Below are positions 25,836 to 39,810 of a stretch of 64,000 nt of DNA, piece after piece. This DNA comes from Strigamia acuminata. Lineage: Eukaryota. Where the stretch lies: positions 11,408,001-11,472,000 of the forward strand of contig OX442314.1 in NCBI GenBank assembly GCA_949358305.1, given 5' to 3'. Each line of letters opens with the position of its first letter. The stretch's first letter is position 1. The translations under genes and the position numbers were made by a program. The notes under the pieces are model-generated. The model was not told the DNA's origin, searched no databases, and was given only the letters and a program-made list of their open reading frames with translations.

Positions 25836-28759
25836 TTTAACTCCGCTACTCTTAGCCGTAAAAACTATTTATGCATTTTTTAAAATTAACATTGAATATA
25901 ATCAAAAATCGAATTCTGCACGCAACCACCCTTAAAATATAAATAAATAATTTTATTGCAAATGTAGGCGGTGTTTTTGACTGCACTTTGAAACCGAAGG
26001 GTTAACATACGGGTGGTTGAGAGGCTTCTTGAATCAGACAATAGTTCCTTTGATGAAGGAGGGCCGCAGTCGACCTTTAGGGAATAGTCGTAATAATAAG
26101 TGCGGATTGACATGGAAATGAAATCGGTTTGCCGCGCCCCTGCGAAGAGTATATGGGACCAGGAAAGAGAGGGAGAAAAAAGGGTTAGTACTGTAGAGGT
26201 GGGTGGAGTCTCAGGTGCAGCTTCGCATCGAGACAAGCTTTGTGGTTGAGAGTATTTGAATGCGCACGAGCCGATATCAGCTCGCATCGGAAAAACATCT
26301 GCCTGTATTATTTCCTCCGCAAGTTCAGGTGTGAAAGCGCCTTCATTAATCAAGAGTCTTTTGTGTGGTTTGTGCACTGCTGATCAAACTAATTCATATA
26401 TCAAACTCGCAAGGTTTCTTCTTGCAAATAAATCGTTAAGAAAAATTCTAAAAAATTAAACTTTTTCGCTTTATTAAAAAAGTTTTCATTTTAAAATTTA
26501 ATTTTTTTATTTAAAAATTTAATAGATGCGTTTATAGTTTGTGTTTTTATTTTTACCGGGTATCCCATCACTTTTTCGAATTTTATTTCTTAGAAAATTC
26601 GAAATTTTGGGACGTTTTTTCGAGCAAAAATTTAATTTTTTTAAAATCTTCAATTTTTCTGTGGAGAGTTAAAAGGAGTAGCAATTGAAAATGGAGACAT
26701 CTCTCTTTCCCTTTTACTTCGCCTGAATGCAATCTTCTTGTTTGACTTTTGTGGTGGAGGTGATGCACCGGTGAAGCCCTCGTTCAGGCGGAGCTTTTAG
26801 GGCATTGCAGTAAAGCTTTCAGCCGGTCAGAAGGGGCACGAATGTCTTATTTCCTTCCTTTTTGTCGAAATGTCCTTGTTTGTTCGCTCAGGATTTAGTT
26901 CCAACAGCAAATAGGCGTGGCGAACTGCCTTCCATTATTTTCTTCACTCTCCATTTGCCTTTACCACCCCCACACCCTCTTTTTCTACCACCACTACCCC
27001 TTTTCTGCCTCCCCCCAAACCTATTCCTCTTTTTTAACTTGTTTTTTCACTCCTTCGCTTTCACTTCCATTATTTTGCGCAAAAATCGTCTCTGGCTTTA
27101 ATTTGCGAAATTTATTCGCAGAGTTTTGTTTACTTTATTAAATTTTAAAATGAAAAAAAAAATTGAAAAAGCGAATTTTTATTATAAATAGGATTGAAAA
27201 CTCCCAGGGGTTGGTTGTAACGTCGCCAAAAAGTGAAAGATAAGTTTTTTGGGGCTTGGGGGACTGTGGGGGGCTGGGGTGGGCTCGGTGTAGGGGTTGT
27301 TGGCGGCAAATCTTTGTTTTGATTAATGACTCGACAAGTGAGTGCGATTTATAGGAATGAAAAATAAGGGACAAGGACAGAAAATGTTAACACACACAAC
27401 GCAGTGGGAGAGAGAAGAATAAAGTTTTTTTGATGTAAATACAACATTTCCTGTCATTTTTATCGTAAATGATTGTGTAGAGGAAAAGATGTCGTGGGTT
27501 TGATTGATGACGGATGATGAAAACGAAGTTAAAATCGATTGTTTGATGTTTCCTTTGTGTTTTCGTATTTGTTTTCGCGTAAAAGTACACAAAGACGCAT
27601 TTTGATGTTTTAGTAAGAGATATCGATTAAAAATCGATTAATTGATGGATTTTTTTAATTTTTTAAAAAGTCGAATTTTCCGCGAAAATGAGTTTTTCGC
27701 GTGGAAATAACAATAGAATATCGCCTTAAATGAATGCAAATTGAATTAAAACGGGGAAAATGAATAAATAAGCGAAGGAAATCCATCGATTCGTTTTCTG
27801 TATCGAATTCCTAATTTAAACAAAAATTTTTATCCACGAACTGCAGCGAGTGTCGACATAAATTAATCGATTTTCGGCATTGACGTTCCGCGAGCAAAGT
27901 GACACGGGCGTCTTTGGACGTGTGTCCAATGAAGTCGAGTTGTTTGTCCATTGAAAAACGCACTCTTTGACCCCTCGCGCGCCTCGCTTTTATTCGCGAT
28001 TAGCATGCAGGTCAGTGGCCCTGGGTCCACGAACGAGTGCGACACGTCTCTGAATGGGCTGACTTGGCGCAAGAGGATGAAAGGGGGTAAGCGTTCATTG
28101 AGAAACATGTCAACTGGTTGACAAAAGGGCGAGACGCCGCGTCTCTTTTCAACGGTGGAGACGGGTTTGAATGTGGACACGCGCTGACCAAAGGCCAGAG
28201 GCAAAGAGGAATGCGGTCCTCTCAACCCGATTGCTTGTGAAAAAGATGGCGGGTCAGAGGTGGTGGTTTCGGATTAAGTCGTTAAATAGGGGGTGGGGGA
28301 GTGCGGGGGGGTGTTGGATTCTCACGTTGCTCGAGTGAAACGACAATTCGACAGAATCCATTTTGAGTTGTGTTTGCTTTTGTTAAACTAGTTTCGCCGT
28401 GGGAAGTACAAGTGCTGGATATGTGTGTGCTTGGGGAGAATTAGAATATTTGAATGAATGAAAAAAAATTGGGTTGGTTTTGTTTGTTTTTATTTTATTT
28501 TTTTTGTTTTGTTTGGGCTGGATTGTTTGTGGTGGTTGTTTATAGGGCGGGAAATGTGTTTGCAACTTGGGAATTTATAGTAATGAGAATGCGAGAATTA
28601 TTATTATTATTTTTTTTTTAGTGATTGTTTTTGTTTTTGTTTTTGTTTGTGTGGAATTAAAAATGTAAGTTTTTTTTATTGAATTGGAAATTTTAAGCTG
28701 GAGTTGAAGTTTTAAGAGATGTGCTATAAGTGGCTTTTATTTGTAGGGTTTGATTTAGA

Positions 28760-29100
28760 TTATTTTCAGACATAAAATTGTGTTTTTGAGGTATTTTTAT
28801 ACCTAATTCGGTATTTTTTAGGTATTTTTAGACATAATTCTGTATTTTTTAGGTATTATTAGATCTAAATCTCTGTTTTTGAGATATTTTTAGACCTAAA
28901 TTTGTGTTTCTGAGGTATTTTTAGACCTAAATCTCTGTTTTAAAGGTATTTTTAGACCTTAATCTTTGTTTTAGAGGTATTTTTAGACCTTAATCTTTGT
29001 TTTAGAGGTATTTTTTAGACCTAAATCAGTTTTTTTAAAGGCTTCTATTTAATTTACAAGTATTTTTAGATCTAATTCTATTTTTAAAAAGTATTTAAAG
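28760..29100. repeat. 31-bp minisatellite
   Basis: TTAGACC recurs at 28921, 28952 and 28983. Unit is approximately TTAGACCTAAATCTCTGTTTTAGAGGTATTT. Confidence 0.9.
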
Positions 29101-32100
29101 CTCGATTGCCATTTTTAAGAGTATTATCAGCTTGTTTGATTTTAAATATATTATTCAATTTCCCCAGAAAAGATTTTTTTTCCTTTTTAAAAAATCCGGT
29201 ATTTAGTTGATTACGGTGTACCGAAAACATTTGCGATAAAATTCTATCTCGCAAATCGAAAAAGCATGAAATTGTAGTCGCAATTAGAGCGAGGAATCGT
29301 TTCCCTGTTTCTTTTCCCAGCACCGCAATATGATTGATTGTGTGTGAAGGGAAAAGCCGGCTGCATTATCTCGGCGCTTCCATTTCTCACGTGATGTCAG
29401 TTAAAACCGGCATCACCTGCTGAAAGACGCATTCTCCATTTCGTTTTTCTTTTTTTCTTCGACGTCACACGATCGCGGTGCGACCTGATTGTGATTTTTT
29501 TTTCTTTCCCCTTGAAAATTTCGCCCCGAAATATTTGAGCACGTAAAATGTTGATATTACACAAGACGAGTGTTATGGCGAAATGAGAGAGGAAGTGAGT
29601 GAGAGTATAAAGGCATTTTATCACTGAGCGATAATTTGTAAGAAAGAAAAGAGAAAGAATTTTGCACTCGAAAGCACTTAATAATGATGCAGATGCGTGA
29701 GGGCGTTGCATTGTGAAAACGATAAGAGAATGGCTAAAGGAGAGAAGAACTTTTCCGAGATCACTGGTCGCAAGAGAAAGAGGACTTTATTATTAATATC
29801 ATCAGCGCCAATTGAATAATTCATTTCGCATAGCGCCGAGAAACATGCTCATTGCGCAAAATGGTAGTAAAAAGATACTCGTAAAAAAAAAACGGAAAAG
29901 ATGGAGATGAGGCGAATGGTGCAAGGATATGGTTTGGAATTTAGAAAAAAGTTGGTGTGTGGTTTTAAAATGTGTGTTTTTATTTTAAAATGCAGGTTTT
30001 TTGAGGTTTTTTGGGTTGTTTTTGTTTTTGGATGTAAATTTTGTATATAAATCGTTTTTGTTGATTAAATTGTTGCAATTTGTTTATGATGTTCGTCGAG
30101 TATGATTTGGGATTTATTTTGAGGTTGATTTTGGTTGAAGCTCTAAAAGTGATTTTTGATGGTTTTTTTAAATTGAGTTTTGGTGGTTTGTTTGCAAAAA
30201 TATGCAACAGAAAAATATATGGGGTCTTGTACATTTTTTTTTTCTAATCAAAATTCCAGTTTTAAAGAAATGAAGTGAAAAATATTTACTATGTGCATTT
30301 TACGAATTTTTATTCACCTCATATTTACAAACTTGAAGTTGAAGCTCTATTAATTCATCGCTCGAAACAAGAAAATCCAATAGGGAAACCTTAGCATGAT
30401 TTCAATAAAATTGCATTTTCAAAAAAAAAAATTAAATTCGTATATATATATATATATACATTTTCCAGACTTAACATTGACAAATTTACATTTCAAACTG
30501 AATTTTTATCACTTTAAAAAAAAAACTCCCAACATTCCTCGCAAAAATCCCCATTTTATCAATACACGAATTGAAAAATTCGAAAAAATTCCTATAATTG
30601 CCTATAACTCGACTCGGAGCAGCATAATTGCGATTAAAGTTACAAGAAAGAAGTGCAAAATCGATAATAAAAAATAAAAAAATCGAGTCTTGACGTTTCT
30701 TATGACCGACTCACCAAGATTCATTCAATTCATATCAATGGCAAGTGTTATGCGGAGTGAAGGCGCCTCATCCCCGGGTGGGAGATAAAGGGCGCGGTGC
30801 GAAATTGGCTCAGAGTGTACGCGATGGGCAACCATTGGAGAATATTTCCCATCTTATCCTTCGCCAATGACAGGCCTTGGACATTTTCCTCAATGCTGAT
30901 ATTTTCTCGCATTCATCGATCCATTCTTATTTATTTTGCTTTACCTTTGCCGATTTCAATCGACGGCGCGAGGTGTGGATTATGTGCGGAGGAAAAGGGA
31001 GGACATTTTAAAATCCGTCTTTACATCAAAATAAAATATATTGGCGATAAAGGAGGAAAAAAATTCGGGTTTAACTCATTCGTAAAGTAATTTTCGCTTT
31101 GGGTTTTATTGAAAATGGCAGTCGACCGTGACTGAGAGAGGAGACGCTGGCTTGTGGCCGCTGGGATGCTGTAAACGGACCAATAGATGCGGTCTATCGT
31201 TAACTCGGTCAGCTGCCATTGGGTGGGTCGCTCCCCGCTAGCCAATCACCGGTCGTAAAGGGGGACCGACTCGAACTCGCAGGTCGAAATCACTTGGTCA
31301 GCAAAAATTGTGCACACCAAAGGAGAAAATGGGAGAAAAAAAAAATTTCCAAAAGTTATAAAGAATTTTTAAGTGAGAAAAATAAAAGTTTTTAATTTTT
31401 TTTTTGTTTTTTTGTTTTATTTCTTTGACCAAATCACCTGGCGATAAAAATCCTATCAGACGTCGGTTGCATCATTCCGGATGCACAGGCAGCGCGCGCA
31501 CTGTCAGGGATTGCTCGCCTGGGAAGAGCGAGGAAATTTTTGGGCGAGAAAATGGGATGGGAGCCGTCGACAAGATTCGAGGGTGAGACCAGAGACTGCT
31601 CGTGCGGAATGGCAAACGCGCGCACTGTGAGGGTCCCCGAAGCCGAGGCAATAAGGCTGAGCTGCAGTCCTGCCTGCACCCATAGTACTGGGATTGAGAA
31701 TGAAGGCACATTAGTGTGAGTCGCATGCCAAAAGAGAAAGAAGATAAAAAAAAGATGGTATGGAGAGTTTCTATTGGACAGGGAAGTAAAAAGGAGTTGG
31801 TAGACGGGGGAAAATGCACATCTTAAGATGCCGAAATGCACGGGAGATTTACAAAGTTCTTTTTTTTTCTTTTGCTTCCATTCCATCTGGTTTTTTTTTT
31901 TTTTTTTTTTTTTTTTTCTTTCTTGAGGAAAAGATTTTTCTTTGAAAATCTTATTGAGATGTGCAATCAGTACTGGCGATTCCCTTGTGTCACTTGCAGA
32001 GAAATGACTCTTATGTTGACACACGAGATGGTATCAAATATTCATGATTGTCGGCTTTACATGTTTCATTTCTAAGGTTTGTTTTAGAATTAGTAATGTT

Positions 32101-33415
32101 TTCTTAAGATTTTGTAAGGGGGAAAGAGAGTCGAAATAAAAAGAAAAATGGTAAAAATAATATTTTTTTCCTTTTTTTTTTTTTAGATGTTTGAATGGTC
32201 TATGTGCAATGATGGCGGGATGATTTCGGCGAAACCAAAAGCGGTACGTATAAATATCGTGTCGGAAAAAGCAAGAAAATAAATAAAAATCGATGTAGAT
32301 GCATTCAAAAATAAAAATAACAATTTTAGTTTAAGTGTATTTTAAGTTTAAACGTGGGTTTAAACAGGAAATGATGTCATTTTTGGTTTAAAATTGAAGT
32401 AAAAGTGTTTCTATAGACAGAATGGCCACTAACGTCATTTTTGAAGTGGTTTACGAAACAAACTGCGCATATTAAACATCTTTAAACGATGTGCGCAGTC
32501 TGAAAATCGGTTATCATCAAAAATTATTTCCCATTTTTGAAGTTTAAAATGTAATGTTTTAATTAATTTCCAGTGCAGACAGGTCAGGTCTTTTGATACC
32601 GATATACGACTTAATTAACTCGGTTCACAAGGCCCTTGTCCACTGTTGTCAGGTGTCATTATGAGCTTGTTGATGTTTTGTTGGTCACGCTTAACCCTTT
32701 ATTCACTGGCCTATGTCCACGACTCAATGCAGGACGATGGGGTAATGATGTGACTCTGATATGGGCACAAGCCAATTGTATGGCGTCGCTGATGAAGTTT
32801 TTTCTCACTCGCTCTCTCTCTCTCTCTCTCAAAATAAGTGTTCTACTTTTCTCCTCGAGAAGCCAGTTCCCGCCGCACAATTCACTCACCCGTTTACCCC
32901 TCTCTTCTCTCTTCTCTCTTCTCTCACCCTTTCGTCTAGTTTATAGCTTTACTGGTTTTTACACAGGTTTGGTGACACAGCTGGTTTTCTCAATTGAACT
33001 TTATCGCCCCTTTATATCATCGTGTCTGCGTTTTGTGCTCCAATTGCGACGACCGGATTCCCCGATACAACAACTCGGGGTCGCTTAAACGCAAAGCCCG
33101 TAACAACCAGTCGGTAATTGTGCGTCAAGAGCCAAGAAAAGGCCAATTTGTCCCTTAGCATTTGTTTTGCGATGATAACAGATGCCGTTTTCTTCTTCTT
33201 CGCATCCACTTTTAATTATTTCGACCTTAATAGCGCGTTTGAATGGAGACTTTTCATACCGTGCGCGTGACTCATTTGTATGTTGGAGAATAAAATTAGG
33301 CCTTTATCTGCAGTCTCCTGCGAGAACAATTGTGTGCAAATGGTGATGAACTTTTGTTTCGACAAAAGCTGGGGAGAAAAGGGTTGCGTTTGGTTTAACT
33401 CCGATACCAACTCAC

Positions 33416-33613
33416 CCTTCTTCTCTTTCGATGATTAAAAACGGCGACGGCGTTTGTTTTGTTGCGAGAAATGCTGATAGGGTTTCGCTTCGCAACGGCT
33501 TCGTTCGCGTCGCTTTGCCCGCGACTTGGCTCGCGTGCCCCGCGAGGTTGTTGCCCTCGATCGAGGCACGCGCGCGACGTTCCGGCAGCCTTTAGCTCCC
33601 AAATTTCCGCCAT
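33416..33613 (-). CDS. Candidate alternative first exon A (coding N-terminus or 5'UTR exon with uORF)
   Basis: GC/CpG-rich island. Strong start context atcATGG at 33613 opens 66 codons (MAEIWELKAAGTSRACLDRG...NHRKRRR) that end exactly at the consensus donor AGG|GTGAGT (33415-33410), phase 0. Confidence 0.4.
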
Positions 33614-34379
33614 GATGGGCAAACTAGGGGAAAGGAAAGGAAAGGAAAGGGGTGTGGAGGAACAAAACGCGTCTGCGTGGGACACAAAGGATTCCAGATG
33701 GCGGTGGCGGCACTCAAGTGGATTCGGGATACCCCCATCCACAAGAAGACGAGGACGAGGCGTTTTTTTTCTTTTTTTTTCTTTTTTTTTTTTTTTCAAT
33801 TTGAAATTTGCTTACTATAACGTGTCAGCAAGTTTTCTTTTGATGACAGGCCAAGGTTTGAGTGTTGGGAATAAAAAAAAAAATTGTGATCGACATTTCG
33901 CAGTGGTCTCGAGGGGGGAAAGTCGGATGGAATATTAAAAGGAGGAAAACAAAACAATATTAAAAGTGTGAGTTGGTGAATTCTGTGCACGTTAAATGCG
34001 TAACGGGTTGATGGGGAAGATGCTGGGGTTGGCAAATTTACGAGTTTTTTGTTTTTTTTGATGATCTAATGAGTGTTTTTGGTTGTTTGTCAGGTTAATT
34101 TCCTTATCACTGTACTCAAGTTGTGCCTCTTTATCACTCCCACTTGGGTTTGTAATGGGGACCCACGAATAGGGAGGCAAGTTAGCCTATCGGAGGGGTC
34201 GCCGGTGCCTTTTACGACCAGTGGCCAGTGCATAATAGTGCGGGAGTCTCCGGAGGGAGGTCAATGATTGGAGGGGATTGATAAGGCGGGTCATATAGTC
34301 GCCCATTGGTCATTTAGGAATCGTAGTTGGAGTTTTGGTCTGTAAAAGGATTTTTTTTAAACAGTTTTTAAGGTAGTTT

Positions 34380-34605
34380 TGGGATTTTAAATATTTTTAC
34401 AACAGTTTTTGGTGTATTTTTGTGATTTTTAGATATTTTTGTGTATTTTTAGATGTTTTTGGTGTATTTTTAGATGTTTTTGGTGTATTTTTTAGATGTT
34501 TTTGATGTATTTTTAGATGTTTTTGGTGTATTTTGTGATTTTTAGATGTTTTTGGTGTATTTTTGTGATTTTTAGATGTTTTTGATCTATTTTTATGATT
34601 TTAAA
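34380..34605. repeat. 21/30-bp minisatellite
   Basis: AGATGTTTTTGGTGTATTTTT units (34451, 34472, 34494, 34515), then 29-30-bp variants. Confidence 0.9.
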
Positions 34606-36794
34606 TATTTAAAAAAATTGTTTTGTAGTTTTTGATCTTCAGATCGATTGAGTTTCATAAAATGTACCTTTTTTGTAGCATTGGTCATCAAATTAAATTT
34701 TAAACAGAACAAAACATCTTAAAGTGTCCGAAGTTACTGCAGAATCATGAAAATGACGCGTGTTTTTAAATTTTAAATTAGCTCTGAACGGTATTGATCA
34801 GAGAATATTATTCAAAACATTCGTTTCGAGTGTCGGACAAACATTTAGCGATTAAAACGTAAACGAAAACGAAAGACCATCACTTTGGGCCCCAAAACGA
34901 CATACATCTACATTACAATACAACCTTACAACCTAAAAACACAGCACACAACTCACCTACCCTTAAAACCGTGCGGGAATAAAAGATGGCGTCATGGCAA
35001 CGGATTCTGTGAATAAGAAACGAGCTCTGTCGATTTTCATTGGCAGTTCCCGGCCTCCTGCAAATTCCTCCCTAACCAAATATCAATACATTAAATACCA
35101 TCCACCCCAAACCCTAAAACTCCTTTCATAGTACACTCATTTAACGCGAAATGAAAATATTCTCATTTGAATGTTTAATAAAAAGAAAAACAAAACAAGA
35201 CTTGTTTTGTTCCAACGAACCCTTTGTTGAGTGTAATCAAAATTACAGATCGATTGTGTGTGTGCGGTTTTATATCCGATATTTTCATCGGCGACATTTT
35301 CGCAGGCTTGTTTGTTTGTGTTCCGTTCGCTCGTTGTAATAAAAGACACAATGTTTTCATTAGAAAAAGTTTTTTTTTCGTTTTTTTTCGTCTTCTCTAT
35401 TTTGCAGGAGAAAGAATACGGAGAGAAAAAAAAGTCGTGTACAGAATGAGAAAGTTTGGTTAATAGAATGATGGAGGGCATCTATATTTTCTTACATATA
35501 TTAAAACATCTTTTGTTATTCAGGTCACGTGATACGTAAAGTGGCTCTTCGTTTCCCCGCTCCGCCTACACATTAAAGAAAAGGGCCAGTGGACATGACA
35601 TGAAGGGAAAGGGTGAAATTACTTTTCATTTTTGTGCTTTTACAAGAGTGGTTGGGAATGCTAATATGGTTTTTGCCATTTTCCCCTCGCGTTTTTAATG
35701 CGTGTTATATAGAGAGAGAGGTATATGGATGGACGGGTCTTAAAGATGAATGGAATCGAAGGAATGCTGTTTAATTATAAGGCGAGTGGATATGGGGAAA
35801 TGTTGGTTGGTTGTCAATTTTTTATGATTTAACGATTTAATCAAATTATTAAACGTTTTGTTTAATGGTAAGAAGGGGATGTGTTTAAAGGGTTGTTCTT
35901 TTGCTCGTTATTAACGAGCAATTTGCTTTTCTTGTATAAGTAATAGTTATTTTTCTTTGTAGGAATCTCGTCCTCGGTTAAAGTAATGAGATGACAACGT
36001 TGATGCTTTCACGGTAAGAAAATTATGGGGCAAGAGAAAGTTTTGTTAGTAAGTAAAGTGAAAAGATTTTTTTTTTTTTGACGGAGTATTATTTTTTATT
36101 TCTTGGAGGGATTTTGAGAGAATGGATATTTGTGCATAGAGCAAATCTGATTATGTTTTTGTGAAGTGAATATATGAAGATTATGAGAAAAAGCTGCGTA
36201 GAACGACTGTGTTAAAGATCGAGGCGAAACAAATTCACTTGTATTTTTATTATTTATTTTTTTTTTTGGTTAAATAATAGAGAGAGAAAAAAAATAAGTT
36301 GGCAGAGGTTGTTGTGTGAACAAGAAATGGGCATATCTTGCTCATGGAATGTAAATTTTTTTTTTTTAAACTTGTTTCTGAGAGAAACTGAAATGAATTG
36401 CTGCAAAAACAATTTCTCTGGGTAGGAGCCAGAGAATGAAAAAATAAAGCAACCCCTTAAACTCGGTTATACTTGTCTGCAGCACACTTGTCTGCAACAC
36501 ACTTTCGAGATTATTTTTTGTTAGGTTCGAAGGTAATCACTGTAAGTTATGGTGAAGAAGGTAAATTGAGTTGTGTGTGTTAAAAATGGATGGGTTTAGT
36601 GATTGGGTACAAATATTACGATATATCTGTACTGTTTGGCTGGGATTGCTTCCTCGTATGTGTAATTGTATACAAAAGAAGCAATTTGTGAGTTGTCGCA
36701 CAAAAGAAAATGTTATGCCAGTTGTTTTATAATTTTTAAAAAAGTGTTATTCATTAGAAGTTGTTAGGAAATAGTATAAAATAATGGGGGAAAA

Positions 36795-37125
36795 TTGATT
36801 TTTAGGACAACTTCTTGTTCAAATTTATGTAAATAAATGTTTTAGGACAATTTCTTACTAAAATTTGTGTAAATAAATGTTTTTTAGGACAATTTCGCAC
36901 AAAATTTGTGTAAAAAATATGATTTTTTGAAAAATTTATCACAAAATTTAGCTTTAAAAAAATTATTTTAGGACAATTTAGCATGAAATTTGTGCAAAAA
37001 GTTGATTTTTAGGACCATTTCTCACAAAATTTGTGTGAAAATATGATTTTTTGAAAAATTTATCACAAAATTTAGCCTAACAAAATTATTTTTAGGACAA
37101 TTTACAACAAAATTTGCGTAAAAAA
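36795..37125. repeat. ~41-42-bp minisatellite with 125-bp higher-order duplication
   Basis: TTTAGGAC occurs at 36801, 36841, 36883, 36967, 37008 and 37091. The block from 36883 is repeated from 37008. Confidence 0.85.
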
Positions 37126-38092
37126 GCGATGTTTATTTGAATGCTTAGTAAAGTATTGGGAGGAAACATTTTTTTCAAGAATTTTTATTCAAAAACATTT
37201 GTTTCTCATAAATTTCTTAAAAAACACTTATTTTTCCATTAAAATTTCAAATTTCCAACGTGTTAAATCACTGATTTCTATTTGAATTCCTAGTGCAATC
37301 CTATTCATATCACCTAAAAAAATACAAAACCGATGTTTTTCAAAATCTTTCATCCACGTGCAAACAAAACACAAATCCCTCATTCGTATTGAAATTTACA
37401 AACACGACTATTTAAAATATAAAAAAAAATAAAAATATATGAACAACATAACGAATGTACGAATCAGAGCGTGAAATAATCAAATCGACATTGTGTGTAT
37501 ATAATACAGATTTAGTCCGAGTCGTTATGGGACATCGATGAGCGTAAATGTGCAAGTTTTGCCAGGCAGTTTGCCTTGTTTTGTGTTTGCTCACTGATTC
37601 GTTCACTTTGGCCCATGTCTCGTCTCCAAGCAAGACCATATTCTCGCCGCTCGCAGGGGGAGTTTATTCGATATAAATAAATCCTTGGCATGCATATCTG
37701 GATGAGTAAAGTCGCTCCTTCATATCGAACTGCTGCCATCGGGAAAATGCTACGTGACACGAAAAGGCTGGATAAGAATATTAAAAAAAAAATAAAAAAA
37801 AATAGTAAAAAAGATCGTCACAATGACATATTGTGACGATTACACACCCCTGGCGTTACCATCGTTCGTGAAGAATAAAAAAGTTCACTCTTCCAAACCC
37901 CACAACTGACCATCACTGATTGTGATCAGTAGATATTTATGCAAAATAAAATTCGTTTTATGCGTGTAAAATATGCACCAAAAAGTCCATTTTATGCAAA
38001 ATAAAAAAATTTATTCGAGTGAAATCAGGTGTTAATAACAACTTAAAGCCATTTCAAAGTGTTCTTGATGTAAATGAATTATAATTACTGAT

Positions 38093-38631
38093 CAGGATGA
38101 CCGGACGTTTCGGTTTTGGATGATTTGTTCCGTAAAAGTTTCTCGGGACGCAAAAATGTCTCGGTTTTTATAAATGGATGTAAAAACAGACAGATATTTC
38201 CATACGCTTCAAGAATATACATTGAAATTATGTTGCAATGTATTTTGCATTGGATTTCGTGAGAATGCATTTTGCAATATATTTTTGTAAAATTTATTAT
38301 GAAATGCGTTCCCAGTAGCCTACTATTGTTAGTCAAATGAATTTTTTCAGTTGTATTATGAAATGCATTATTTAATGTACAAATAATATGCTCCGTACGT
38401 AATTCTGCAAAATTCTATACATTTTGGAATGCTTTAAGTAAAAAGCAATATATTTAAAGATATATTTTTGATATACTTATGATGAAAGTAAATATAATAA
38501 AATGTGCTCGTAGTTTGTAATTTTATAATTTCACATAATGATTTCTGAGTAAAATAAACAAACAAATAAATAAAAATAATATTTATTTTGTATGGCTATT
38601 TTTTTTTTATTTTTAAAATCTGGCCACCCTG
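38093..38631. mobile_element. Possible decayed hAT-type non-autonomous DNA transposon
   Basis: Imperfect terminal inverted repeats CAGGATGACCGGA and TCTGGCCACCCTG (10/13 match) resembling CAGGGTGRCCAGA hAT-type ends, with an AT-rich interior. No 8-bp TSD is visible. Confidence 0.35.
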
Positions 38632-39589
38632 ATGACCACGACGTGGGTGGACACTTGCTAATACGAAATTTGGACGGCAATTTAGTCGCGAGACTGCGGC
38701 AGTCGATGCCCACTCGTGAGATGGCCGTCCAATCGCCGCTCGTATTTCAAAAGCATGATGGGACCAATGGCGTATAGTTTTGGGTTAATGGAATCGAGGA
38801 GAAAATGTTGCGAGGAGAAATGATGGGATATGTGGGGGTTACGAATGAACGGCGCCTCGATTACAAGGCCCCGCGTCCCAATTAGATGCTCAATTAAGAA
38901 AGTGAAAGGCGGAAGCTTAATCTTTAGTTTTGTCTTGGTTGTGAACTTTGTACAAGAAAAAAATGCTAATAGACACGAGTTTAAGACATGCTCATAAAAG
39001 ATATTGCACGATGCTCGCTCTGCTATGAAAAACACAATTGTTCTTGGAGCAGTTTTGTTCGCAGCGATTCATCAGGCGAGAGAAGAAGGAAGAGAGAGAG
39101 AGAGGGAGCGTTTGCTTCTTTTTTTTCATTCTTATAGGGCTTTTTAGCATCTTTTTTTTTTCTTTTTTAAATATTTTTCTTTGCTAAATGAGGAGAGAAC
39201 GTGTAGCAACAATTACATTTCGTGCAAAATGTGGTAAGCACGTGTGAAATTGATGCAACCTTTAAGGAAAATGTTTAATATTTGCTTACAAATTGTTGAT
39301 TTAAGTGAATAGAAAAAAGGAAAATAAATATAAAGATGGAAATGATGTAATTAGATATTTTTATGTGGTTTTTTTTTTTTTTTTTTTTTAAATTGTTATT
39401 ATTTTTTTTTATTTTAGGGGATGAAAATAGATTTGAATGAATTTTGGGAAATTGGTTTTGAGCTTTGGGATGGAGTTTTTTTTTGGTTAATTTTGATTTT
39501 ATTTTGAAGTTTTTTTTTGGAAAATTTTAGCCCATTTTTAATAACTGCTTAGAAAATTAATTTTTTTTTAAAATATTATTTTTGATAAT

Positions 39590-39810
39590 TTTGCTTATTT
39601 TTGGCATTTTTATGGATATTTTTGCCTATTTTGACATTTTTTTAATATTTTGGTCAGTTTTGAGTTTTATGAATATTTGTGCTTATTTTTGACTTTTTAT
39701 GAATATTTGTGCATATTTTTTACTTTTTATGAATATTTTTGCTTATTTTTGACATTTTTATCGGTATTTTTGACATTTTTATCGAGATTTTTGACATTTT
39801 CATCATTTTC
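39590..39810. repeat. 30-bp then 21-bp minisatellite
   Basis: GAATATT at 39671, 39701 and 39731. GACATT at 39751, 39772 and 39793. Confidence 0.85.

Noticed and set aside
26768..26826. Possible pre-miRNA hairpin CCGGTGAAGC...GCTTTCAGCCGG
   Set aside because: Only the base of the stem pairs and I see no match to conserved insect miRNAs that I recall. By eye I found no conserved miRNA anywhere in the window, but a miRBase/Rfam search is needed to be sure.
31434..32024. 196-aa minus-strand ORF
   Set aside because: It runs through poly-A/T homopolymers (poly-Lys) and shows no protein-like features.
32462..32499. Hairpin ACTGCGCATAT...ATGTGCGCAGT
   Set aside because: A short isolated stem with no supporting context. 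It is too short for a miRNA precursor.
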